DNA from: the human T2T-CHM13v2.0 reference genome, Homo sapiens
Assembly (NCBI RefSeq): GCF_009914755.1
Contig: NC_060948.1
Length of the DNA stretch: 64,000 bases
Reading direction: 5' to 3' (one strand)
Below are positions 1-14,305 of the stretch, piece after piece (position 1 is the stretch's first letter; each line of letters opens with the position of its first letter). The position numbers and the translations under genes are program-made. The notes below the pieces were generated by a model. The model saw only the letters and a list, made by a program, of their open reading frames with translations. It had not been told where the DNA came from and did not search any database.

Positions 1-2262
1 TCATCCTTACATCAGTAAATCTCCTGAGCATTTCCATCGTCCTTAGGGGGATTTTCATAATATTTTGGGGCATACTTTACTTTTTCCCTATAACATTTAC
101 CAGTGTCGTTCTGCCATAGTCTTACTATCTGTGCCAGGAGTCAAAAAAATTAAAGTAAATAAGTAAAAAAATAAATTAAAGTAAAAGTAAATGTATTTTG
201 TTTGAGGTGGTAACTGATCTCTTGTTTCCTCTTTCGGTTTTTTTCAGCACAGCTTGTAATGTTTGATTTGCCCGCTCTATAATTCCTTGTCTTTGGGGTT
301 TGTAAGGAATTCCTGTTTTATGAGTGATTGACCATAGCTGTAAAAAATTTTAAAAAGCATGACTAGCATAAGCTTGTCCATTGTCAGTTTTTAATTGTTT
401 AGGGACCCCCCATATGAGCAAATGACGACAGACAATGTCATTACACATAACCAGCTGTGTGACCTGGTTTGCATGTAGCATGCCGCATATGAGAATACGT
501 GTCTGTAGTCACACGAACAAAGGAGAACTTACCAATGGCAGCTTTGTGAGTAACATCCATCTGTCAGATTTCATTTGAAGCTAAGTCTCATGGGTTACAG
601 CCTTCTATGAGTGTGACTCCAGTGACATGCTGGCAAGCAGGACAGGCTTGTACGGGCTGCAGCCTGGCTGTTAGGCAAATGAAACATACGAGTAGAGGCA
701 GAGTTTTGATGCAGTAATATATGAGAAGGTTGAGCTTGTTGAAATGCAGAACAAACCAATTTATTGGCTCTATTATTACCTAGATATAGTGGTGTAGGTA
801 GTTGTGTGGGAGAGCAAATATAAGAAATATAAAAAGCAGCACAAGAGCAAACAGCTTCTTAAAGTCTTAGAAACAAGTTAAACTGCTCTGGTTCCAGGGT
901 GCTTTTAATAATAGTGGCCGTCCCAATATGACCGGCTACATTTACAACATAGGCTGAATCACAGAGAGTGTTAATAAGAGATGAACCAGTGAGCTGTAAA
1001 ACCTGCATAACTGCCATTAGTTCTGAGCGTTGATCTGAAACTCCGGGGTTTTTTATTGTTTGAGCATGCTTAGTACCATAAGTAACTTTGCGACCTTTGG
1101 AAGAGCCATCAGTAAGTAGGTCTGGCTGCATGAAATGGGCTTGTGATGAGTAATCACGGGGAAGATGAAAGGTTGAACTTTTAAAATTGCAAAATTTTGT
1201 CTGATGGATAATGTTTATGTATTGTTCCTACACAATCTGAAAGAGCAATTTGCCACACAGTCAACATTTCCCATGCTGCAGCCTGTTGCTGGGAATCCAA
1301 TATTTCTCCTCACACTTTTAGACTGGCTCTAAAAGGAGAACAATAATTTTGTGTGGATCATATCTCTTAAGCATTTTTGATCTATCCCTACCCCTTGTTA
1401 TAAACTGAGTAGTTAAAGAAATATAAACTTGCAGAGATTTTACTCTCTGATTGAATTTCAAAAAAAGCCATTCTATTACAATTACATATTTTTTCTATGA
1501 TCTGGCCTAAAAGTCCTGTTGGAGAATGAGGGGTAGAGAGAATAAAGGGAACCAAGGGCTTTTGTGGCTGTAGCCGGGAGGCATGTGTTTGCTGAAGAAT
1601 CTGCTCTACAAGCTGTAACTCAGCTCCAGCCTCCTCAGACAAACCAGCAACTGGGTTGTCTCCTAAGCCCATTGCTCCTAATGAAGAATTTCCATGGAGT
1701 GCCTGAGTGTTTGAGTTGACGAGTAGCAATACCTAGGATTGGACACAGCCAATTTATATCTCCTAATAGTTGTTGGAAATCACTGAAGGTTTGTAATCTG
1801 TCCCTATGGAGGACTGCTTTCTGAGGTCGAACATTTGTTTCAGTAACAATAGTGCCTAAGTATTGGTATGGGGAGGTTGCTTCTACCTTTTGTTGAACTA
1901 TTTTGAGATGTCCCCCTGTTTTGCTTCTCTCAACAATTGGTGTAATAGCTCTTCCATTGGAGCAGCCAAAAGAATTTCATCCATATAATGAATGATGTAG
2001 GCAGTAGGAAATATATTATGAGGCTCCTTTAAGGACTGACCTACAAAACGCTGAAATAGCGTAGGACCGGTGAGCATGCTTTGGGGTGAAACTTTGCTTA
2101 TCCTTCTCATGTAAGGGTATAGTAAGGAAATAATCTTTGAGATCTACTACTGTAGGAGGTGAGTCACTTGGAATGGCTGCCAGGAATGGCAGACCTTGCT
2201 GTAATGCACCCATTGATTAAATCTGTGCATTAATCGCTCTCAAATCATGTAACAACTTGCTG
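1..2262 (-). mobile_element. HERV-K(HML-6) defective pol (RT, RNase H, integrase), left-arm copy
   Basis: Mirror of 20800..23061. Betaretroviral motifs LLHDLRAIN, MGALQQGLP, VVDLKDYFLTIPLH, IIHYMDEILLAA and TDGSSKG...CDSAYVV, broken by stops and frameshifts. Confidence 0.9.
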
Positions 2263-2317
2263 GCAAATCGGTCTGTTTTTATATAGTAAAATTTTGCTGA
2301 AACCTTACACTTGTGTT

Positions 2318-2727
2318 GATACATATGTATATGTATATGTGTGTATATATCTCTATATGTGTGTATATATATACATATACACATGCACACACATATGTAT
2401 GTGTGTACATATATGTATGTAATATGCACATATGTAATATGCACATATGTAATACCCAGAGTTTATGGATGTATACCTATACACTCTGGTATGTGTGTAT
2501 AGATGGTATGTGTATATGTAGGTATATACGTATACACATACACATATGTATGTGTATATATATATATAACACGTGTATATATACACACATATATGCACAC
2601 ATACAGACACATATTTAAGTGAGTGTGTATATTTACATATATATGCATGCTCTGTCTATAAATGTGTTTATATATACACACACAAACATATATACATACA
2701 CATATATACATATACACATATGTATAC
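2318..2727. repeat. Compound (TA/TG/CA)n low-complexity tract
   Basis: About 410 bp of tatatg/tgtg/caca units. It generates the Y/I/H/C-rich pseudo-ORFs. Confidence 0.95.
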
Positions 2728-5700
2728 GGAGCCAAGATGGTTGAATAGGAACAGCTCCAGTCTACAGCTCCCAGCATGAGCCACACAGAAGACAGGGGAT
2801 TTCTGCATTTCCAACTGAGGTACCGGATTCATCTCACTGGGGCGTGTCAGACCGTGGGTGCAGGACAGTGGGTGCAGTGCACCGAGGGTGAGCCAAAGCA
2901 CAGCGAGGCATCACCTCACCCAGGGAGCACAAGGGGTCAGGGAATTCCCTTTCCTATTCAAAGAAAGGGCTGGCAGACAGCACCTGGAAAATCAGGTCAC
3001 TCCCACATTAATACTGCGCTTCTCCAGTGGTCTTAGCAAACGGCACACCAGGAGATTATATCACACACCTGGCTTGGAAGGCCTACACCCACGGAGCCTC
3101 ACTCTTTGCTAGCACAGCAGTCTGAGATCAAACTGCAAGGCGACAATGAGGCTGGGGAAGGGGAGCCCATCATTGCTGCCGCTTGAGTAGGTAAACAAAG
3201 TGGCCAGGAATTTCGAACTGGGTGGAGCCCACTGCAGCTCAAGGAGGCCTGCCTGCCTCTGTAGACTCCACCTGTGGGGGCAGGGCATAGCCAAACAAAA
3301 GGCAGCAGAAACCTATGCAGACTTAAATATCCCTGTCTGACAGCTTTGAAGAGAATAGTGGTTCTCCCAGCACGCAGCTTGAAATCTCAGAACGGACAGA
3401 CTGCCTCTTCAAGTGGGTCCCTGAACCCCACATAGCCTAACTGGGAGGCACCCCCCAGTAGCTGCAGACTGACACCTCACACGGCTGGGTACTCCTCTGA
3501 GGCCAAACTTCCAGAGGAACAATCAGCCAGCAATAGTTGCTGTTCACCAGTATCTGCTGTTCTGCAGGCTCCGCTGCTGATACCTAGGGAAACAGGGTCT
3601 GGAGTGGACCTCCAGCAAACTCCAACAGACTTGCAGCTGAGAGTCCTGATTGTTAGAAGGAAAATTAACAAACAGAAAGGACATCCACACCAAAACCCCA
3701 TCTGTATGTCACCGTCATCAAAGACCAAAGGTAGATAAAACCACAAAGATTGGGAAAAAACAGAGCAGAAAAACTGGAAACTCTAAAAATCAGAGCGCCT
3801 CTCCTCCTCCAAAGGAATGCAGCTCCTCACCAGCAACAGAACAAAGCTGGATGGAGCATGACTTTGACGACTTGAAAGAAGAAGGTTTCAGATGATCAAA
3901 CTACTCCGAGCTAAAGGAGGAAGTTCGAACCCATGGCAAAGGTGCTGAAAACCTTGAAAAAAAAATTAGATGAATGGCTAACTAGAATAACCAAAGCAGA
4001 GAAGCCCTTAAAGGACCTGATGGAGCTGAAAACCATGGCACGAGAACTACGTGATGAACGCACAAGCCTCAGTAGCCGATTTGATCAACTGGAAGAAAGG
4101 GTATCAGTGACGGAAGATCAAGTGAATGAAATGTAGTGAGAAGAGAAGTTAAGAGAAAAAAGAATAAAAAGAAATGAACAAAGCCTCCAAAAAATATGGG
4201 ACTATGTGAAAAGACCAAAGCGACATCTGATTGGTGTACCTGAAAGTGACGGGGAGAATGGATCTATTATCCGGGAGAACTTCCCAAATGTAGCGAGGCA
4301 GGCCAACACTCAGATTCAGGAAATACAGAGGAACGCCACAAAGATACACCTCAAGAAGAGCGACTCCAAGACACATAACTGTCAGGTTCACCAAAGTTGA
4401 AATGAAGGAAAAGATGTTAAGGGAAGCCAGAGAGAAGGTAGGGTCACCCACAAAGGGAAGCCCATCAGACTAACAGCTGATCACTTGGAGAAACTCTACA
4501 AGCCACAAGAGAGTGAGGGCCAATATTCAACATTCTTAAAGAAAGGAATTTTCAACCCAGAATTTCATATCCAGCCAAACTAAGCATCATAAGTGAAGGA
4601 GACATAAAATCCTTTACAGGCAAGCAAATGCTGAGAGATTTTGTCATCACCAGGCCTGCCCTAAAGGAGCTCCTGAAGGAAGAGCCAAACATGGAAAGGA
4701 ACAACCGGTACCAGCCACTGCAAAGACATGCCAAATTGTAAAGACCATCGAGGCTAGGAAGAAGCTGCATCAACTAACTAGCAAAATAACCAGCTAACAT
4801 CAAAGTGACAGAATCAAATTCACACATAACAATATTAACCTTAAATGTAAACGGGCTAAATGCTCCAATTAAAAGACACAGACTGGCAAATTGGATAAAG
4901 AGTCAAGACCCATCAGTGTGCTCTATTCAGGAAACCCATCTGACGTGCAGAGACACACATGGGCTTAGAATAAAGGGACGGAGGAAGATCTACCAAGCAA
5001 ATGGAAGACAAAAAAAGGCAAGGGTTGCAATCCTAGTCTCCGATAAAACAGACTTTAAACCAACAAAGATCAAGAGGTCAAATCAACAAGAAGAGCTAAC
5101 TATCCTAAATATATACGTACTCAATACAGGAGCACCCAGATTCATAAAGCAAGTCCTTAGAGACCTACAAAGAGACTTAGACTCCCACACAATGATAATG
5201 GGAGACTTTAATGCCCCACTGTCAACATTAGACAGATCAACGAGACAGAAAGTTAACAAGGATATGCAGGAAATGAAGTCAGCTCTGCACCAAGTGGACC
5301 TAATAGACATCTACAGAACTCTCCACCCCAAATCAACAGAATATACGTTCTTTTCAGCATCACACCACACCTATTCCAAAACTGACTCCATAGTTGGAAG
5401 TAAAGCACTCCACAGCAAATGTAAAAGAACAGAAATTATAACAAACTGTCTCTCAGACCACAGTGAAATCAAACTAGAACTCAGGATTAAGAAACTCACT
5501 CAAAACCGCTCAACTGCATGGAAACTGAACAACCTGCTCCTGAATGACTACTAGGTACATAACGAAATGAAGGCAGAAATAAAGATGTTCCTTGAAACCA
5601 ACAAGAACTAAGATACAATATACCAGAATCTCTGGGACACGTTCAAAGCTGCATGTAGAGGGAAATGTGTAGCACTAAATGCCCACAGGAGAAAACAGGA

Positions 5701-8700
5701 AAGATCTAAAATTGACACCCTGACATGACAATTAAAAGAACTAGAGAAGCAAGACCAAACACATTCAAAAGCTAGCAGAAGGCAAGAAATAACTAAGATC
5801 AGAGCAGAACTGAAGGAAATAGAGACACAAAAGCCCCTTCAAAAAATCAATGAATCTAGGAGTTGGTTTTTTGAAAAGATCAACAAAATTGATAGACCGC
5901 TAGCAGTACTAACAAAGAAGAAAAAAGAAGAATCAAATAGACGCAATAAAAAATGACAAAAGGGATATCACCACCGACCCCACAGAAATACAAACTACCA
6001 TCAGAGAATACTATAAACACCTCTACACAAATGAAGTAGAAAACCTAAAAGAAATGGATAAATTCCTCGACACATACACCCTCCCAAGACTAAACCGGGA
6101 AGAAGTTGGATCTCTGAATAGACAAGTAACAGGCTCTGAAATTCAGGCAATAAGTAATATTGCAAAAAAAAAGTCCAGGACCAGATGGATTCACATCCGA
6201 ATTCTACCAGAGGTACAAGGAGGAGCTGGTACCATTCCTTCTGAAACGATTCCAATCAATAGAAGAAGAGGGAGCCCTCTCTAACTCATTTTATGAGGCC
6301 AGCATCATCCTGATACCAAAGCCTGGCAGAGACACAGCAAAAATAGAGAATTTTAGACCAAAATCCCTGATGAACATCAATGCAAGAATCGTCAATAAAA
6401 TACTGGCAAACCGAATCCAGCAGCACATCTAAAAGCTTACCCACCGTGATCAAGTGGGCTTCATCCCTGGGATGCAAGGCTGGTTCAACATATGCAAATC
6501 AATAAACATAATCCAGCATATAAACAGAACCAATGACAAAAGCCACATGATTAACTCAATAGATGCAGAAAAGGCCTTCAACAAAGTTCAACAGCACTTC
6601 ATGCTAAAAACTCTCAATAAATTAGGTATGGATGGGACGTATTTCAAAATAATAAGAGCTATCCATGACAAACGCACAGCCACTTCATACTGAATGGGCA
6701 GAAACTGGAAGCATTCCCTTTGAAAACTGGCACAAGACAGGGATGCCCTCTCTCACCATTCCTATTCAACCTAGTGTTGGAAGTTCTGTCCTGGGCAATC
6801 AGGCAGGAGAAGTAAACAAAGGGTATTCAATTAGTAAAATAGGAAGTCAAATTCTCCCTGTTTGCAGATGACATGATTGTATATTTAGAAAACCCCATCG
6901 TCTCAGTCTAAAATCTCCTTAAGCTTGTAAACAACTTCAGCAAAGTCTCAGGATACAAAATCAATGTGCAAAAAATCACAAACATTCTTATACACCAATA
7001 ACAGACAAGCAGAGAGCTAAATCATGAGTGAACTCCCATTCACAATTGCTTCAAAGAGAATAGAATACCTAGGAATCCAACTTACAGGGGATGTGAAGGA
7101 CCTCTTCAAGGAGAACTACAAACCACTGCTTAATGAAATAAAAGAGGTTACAAACAAATGGGAGAACATGCCATGCTCATGGATAGGAAGAATCAACATC
7201 GTGAAAATGGCCATACTGCCCAACGTAATTTATAGATTCAATGCCATCCCCATCAAGCTACCAATGACTTTCTTCACAGAATGGAAAAGCTCATATGGAA
7301 CCAAAAAAGAGCCCACATTGCCAAGTCATTCCTAAGTCAAAAGAACAAAGCTGGAGGCATCACACTACCTGACTTCAAACTATGCTACAAGGCTACAACC
7401 AATGGAAGAGAACCAGGCACTCAGAAATAATGCCACATATCCACAACTATCTGATCTTTGGCAAACCAGACAAAAACAAGAAATGGGGAAAGGAATCCCT
7501 ATTTAATAAATGGTGCTGGGAAAACTGGTTAGCCATATGTAGAAAGCTGTAGCTGGAGCCCTTCCTTACACCTTATACAAAAATTAATTCAAGATGCATT
7601 GGGGACTTACATGTTAGACCTAAAACCATAAAAACCCTAGAAGAAAACCTAGGCAATACCATTCAGGACATAGGCATGGGCAAGGACTTCATGTCTAAAA
7701 CGCCAAACACAATGACAACAAAAGCCAAAATTGACAAATGGGATCTAACTAAACTAAAGAGCTTCTGCACAGCAAAAGAAACTACCATCAGAGTCAACAG
7801 GTAACCTACAGAATGGGAGAAAATTTTTGCAATCTACCCATCTGACAAAGGGCTAATATCCAGAATCTACAAAGAACTTAAACAAATTTACAAGAAAAAA
7901 ACAAACAACCCCATCCAAAAGTGGGCAAAGGATATGAACAGACATTTCTCAAAAGAACACATTCATGCAGCCAAAAAACACATGAAAAAATGCTCATCAT
8001 CACTGGCCGTCAGAGAAATGCAAATCAAAACCACAATGAGACACCATCTCACACCAGTTAGAATGGTGATCATGAAAAAGTCAGGAAACAACAGGTGCTG
8101 GAGAGGATGTGGAGAAACAGGAACACTTTTACACTCTTGGTGGGACTGTAAACTAGTTCAGCCATTGTGCAAGTCCGTGTGGCGATTCCTCGGGGATCTA
8201 GAACTAGAAATCCCATTTGACCCAGCCATCCCATTACTGGGTATATACCCAAAGGATTACAAATCATGCTGCTATAAAGACACAAGCACACGTATATTTA
8301 TCACGGCACAATTCACAATAGCAAAGACTTGGAACCAACCTAAATGTCTAAAAACGACAGACTGGATTAAGAAAATGTGGCACATATACACTATGGAAAC
8401 TAGGCAGCCATAAAAAATGATGAGTTCATGTCCTTTGTAGGGACATGGATCAAACTGGAAACCATCATTCTCAGCAAACTATGGCAAGAACAAAAAACCA
8501 AACACCGCAAGTTCTCACTCATAGGTGGGAACTGAACACTGAGAACACGTGGACACAGGAAGGGGAACATCACACTCCAGGGACTGTTCTGGGGTGGGGG
8601 AAGGGGTGAGGGATAGCGTTAGGAGCTATACCTAATGCTAAATGATGAGTTAATGGGTGCAGCACACCAGCATGGCGCATGTATACATATGTAACAAACC

Positions 8701-8756
8701 TGCACGTTGTGCACATGTACCCTAAAATGTAAAGTACAATTTAAAAAAAGAAAAAA
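2728..8756 (+). mobile_element. Full-length but inactive LINE-1 (L1PA, about L1PA3-5)
   Basis: The 5'UTR starts ggagccaagatgg. The ORF1 start is mutated (ATT at 3749) and the ORF2 start is GTG at 4805. The endonuclease peptide NSHITILTLNVNGLNAPIKRHRLANWIK ends at a TAG (5552). RT and C-terminal fragments, short internal deletions, a 3'UTR and an A-tail (8743-8756) follow. Confidence 0.96.
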
Positions 8757-9750
8757 GTATGCTTCCATCGTTTTGTTTTGAGCCTATGTGTGCCTTTGCA
8801 CGTCAGATGTGTCTCCTGAATAAAGCACACTTGGTGTATTTATATTTAAGATTAATATTGTTACGTGTCAATTTGACCATGGTATGGTGATGCTAGCTGG
8901 TTCTTTTGCATATTCTTGATGCAGTTTCTTCATAGTGTTGTTGGACTTTTTATTTGTTATTTTTTGCAGTAGCTGTTACCAGATGTCCCCTTACATATTT
9001 AATATTCCCTTTAGGAACTCTTGTAAGGCACTCATGGTGGTGACAAAATGTTTGTACACTTAACTTGTCTGAAAATTATTTTATTTCTCCTTTGGCCATA
9101 AAGCTTAGTTTGGATGCCCATAAAATTCTGGTCTGAAAATTCTTTCCTTTAAGATCGGTGAATATTTGCCGCCTCTCTCTTGTGGCTTGTAGGGTTTCTG
9201 CAGAATTATCTGCTGTTAGTCTAATGGGCTTCCCTTTGTAGGTAACCTGATCTTTCTCTTGGGCTGCTGTAAACATTTTTTTTTTCCTTTTTTTCTGCCT
9301 TGGAGAATCTGCCAGTTATGTGTCTTGGGGGTTGTCTTCTCATGAAGTATCTCAGTGGTGTCCTCTATATTTCCCGAAAGTGTACGTTGGCCTGTCTTTG
9401 TAGGTTGGCCTACATAACATCTGTCTACGTAGGCCTGTCTATGTAGGCCTGCATAACATCCTGAAGTTTGTTTTTCAAGTTGGTTCAATTGTCCTCATCA
9501 CTTTTGGGTACACAAATCAATCACAGGTTTGGTCTTCTCACGTAATCCCGTATTTCTGGGAGGCTTTGTTGCTTCCTTTTCATACTTTGTTCTCTAATCT
9601 TGTCTTCATGCTTTATTTCATTGTCTTTAATCTGTGATATCCTTCCTTCTGCTTGATCAATTCAGCTATTGATCCTTGGGTATGCTGTGCAAAGTTCTTG
9701 CACTGTGTTTTTTAGCTACATCAGGACATTTATGTTTTCCTCTAAACTAG
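8757..9750 (-). mobile_element. Older L1 fragment (ORF1 3' half to ORF2 start)
   Basis: Minus-strand peptide QVTYKGKPIRLTAD...AETLQA is L1 ORF1. It is more diverged than the adjacent L1. Confidence 0.88.
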
Positions 9751-9751
9751 T

Positions 9752-9881
9752 TATAATCATAATTATTACTATTTTTGAGACGGAGTCTCACTCTGTCACC
9801 AGCCTGAAGTGCAGTGGTGTCAACTCAGCTCACTTCAACCTCCACCTCCCGTGGATTCAGCTGCTCTTAGCTGAGACTACA
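9752..9881 (-). mobile_element. Alu 3' fragment spanning the left arm/spacer boundary
   Basis: tttttgagacggagtctcactctgtcaccagcctgaagtgcagtgg...gctgagactaca. Only the part up to 9802 is mirrored in the right arm. Confidence 0.85.
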
Positions 9882-10130
9882 TAGCGGGCCATCTTGGCAC
9901 CCTAAAGTGAAGCCTGAGCTGTCCAACCATGGAGTAAATGTAGAGAGCCTAATCGACATAGTATAGTTGCTTCTTCACACAACTCTTTCTACACCACAGG
10001 CCACAAACTGGAAGAGGCTCATTCACACCCCAGGTCTGCTGAAGCACTGGAGGCAGAATGCAGTGACTATGTAGAGAGTCAACTGAAAGAAAGATGACAC
10101 AGCAGCTGCTTCAATACCATCTCTTTCTTT

Positions 10131-12042
<1,912 letters not shown>

Positions 12043-12156
12043 TAGTCTGTCTGCTCAGGACCCAAGACCTGAGCTAAGCAGAATACATCATTAGCTGCAA
12101 GATGCCCTAATGCATGTTCATAGCCCAAAACAATTTCAACCATAGATAAGGCTTGA

Positions 12157-12626
<470 letters not shown>

Positions 12627-13311
12627 AGAGCTCTAATTTTTATCTATAGCTACTACTATATAAAAGACCAGAATTGTTTTTTGTTAGATTTGGATGACTG
12701 AAAGTCTGTAATAGTGTTTATTATTATTATTATTTAATTTTAAGTATCCTAGAATGCAGAGTCTAATGGGGCATAAGGCGGTTTCTGCTGCCCTCCCCTA
12801 AACAGAGACACAAAAACAACTGAGATGGTGATTTGAATTTACCAAGTCACAAATATCTCAGAGACACAAAATTCTAAACTGAACATATGGTTAGAATTTT
12901 TGCTGAGATATCAGTTGATTTGTATTTTGTTTTTTGCATAAGGCTCTAGATCTTACACTGTTAACATGAATAAAGAGCTACCTCTTTAAAGGAAACCTTG
13001 AGCAGGATTAGTCAATCATGGAATCATTTAGGTAGAAATATCTAAGTTTTTATGGTCATAAAGTGTGCTTTTTAGATTAACTTAGATTATATTCTATTTA
13101 ATAAGCTAAAATTCTTTACACATGATTAAATGCAGAAACTTGCTTCAAAACAAAGGAAAAACACGTACATATTCTTAGACGTTTAAAATGATTAATGTCT
13201 GGTTTTATATGCACACAATTGTCTAGGATAATCTATAAGTTCAGATTTCCAGAAGCTCTCTGGTGACAGAGTGAGACTCCGTCTCAAAAATAGTAATAAT
13301 TATGATTATAA

Positions 13312-14305
13312 CTAGTTTAGAGGAAAACATAAATGTCCTGATGTAGCTAAAAAACACAGTGCAAGAACTTTGCACAGCATACCCAAGGATCAATAGCTGA
13401 ATTGATCAAGCAGAAGGAAGGATATCACAGATTAAAGACAATGAAATAAAGCATGAAGACAAGATTAGAGAACAAAGTATGAAAAGGAAGCAACAAAGCC
13501 TCCCAGAAATACGGGATTACGTGAGAAGACCAAACCTGTGATTGATTTGTGTACCCAAAAGTGATGAGGACAATTGAACCAACTTGAAAAACAAACTTCA
13601 GGATGTTATGCAGGCCTACATAGACAGGCCTACGTAGACAGATGTTATGTAGGCCAACCTACAAAGACAGGCCAACGTACACTTTCGGGAAATATAGAGG
13701 ACACCACTGAGATACTTCATGAGAAGACAACCCCCAAGACACATAACTGGCAGATTCTCCAAGGCAGAAAAAAAGGAAAAAAAAAATGTTTACAGCAGCC
13801 CAAGAGAAAGATCAGGTTACCTACAAAGGGAAGCCCATTAGACTAACAGCAGATAATTCTGCAGAAACCCTACAAGCCACAAGAGAGAGGCGGCAAATAT
13901 TCACCGATCTTAAAGGAAAGAATTTTCAGACCAGAATTTTATAGGCATCCAAACTAAGCTTTATGGCCAAAGGAGAAATAAAATAATTTTCAGACAAGTT
14001 AAGTGTACAAACATTTTGTCACCACCATGAGTGCCTTACAAGAGTTCCTAAAGGGAATATTAAATATGTAAGGGGACATCTGGTAACAGCTACTGCAAAA
14101 AATAACAAATAAAAAGTCCAACAACACTATGAAGAAACTGCATCAAGAATATGCAAAAGAACCAGCTAGCATCACCATACCATGGTCAAATTGACACGTA
14201 ACAATATTAATCTTAAATATAAATACACCAAGTGTGCTTTATTCAGGAGACACATCTGACGTGCAAAGGCACACATAGGCTCAAAACAAAACGATGGAAG
14301 CATAC
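13312..14305 (+). mobile_element. Older L1 fragment, right-arm copy
   Basis: Mirror of 8757..9750. Confidence 0.88.

Larger units (their letters stand above)
1..9802 (+). repeat. Left arm of a large, near-perfect palindrome (continues beyond the window start)
   Basis: Reverse complement of 13260..23061. Mirrored ORF pairs have identical translations and coordinates summing to 23062 (e.g. 4805..5554+ and 17508..18257-; 859..1131- and 21931..22203+). Base 1 still pairs with base 23061. Confidence 0.98.

Noticed and set aside
2217-2901. Cluster of Y/I/H/C/M-rich ORFs (and their mirrors at 20161-20845)
   Set aside because: They are translations of the TA/CA microsatellite.
4805-5554. 249-aa ORF (and mirror 17508..18257) as a functional endonuclease gene
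   Set aside because: It is the N-terminus of L1 ORF2, with a GTG start, an internal in-frame deletion and a premature TAG.
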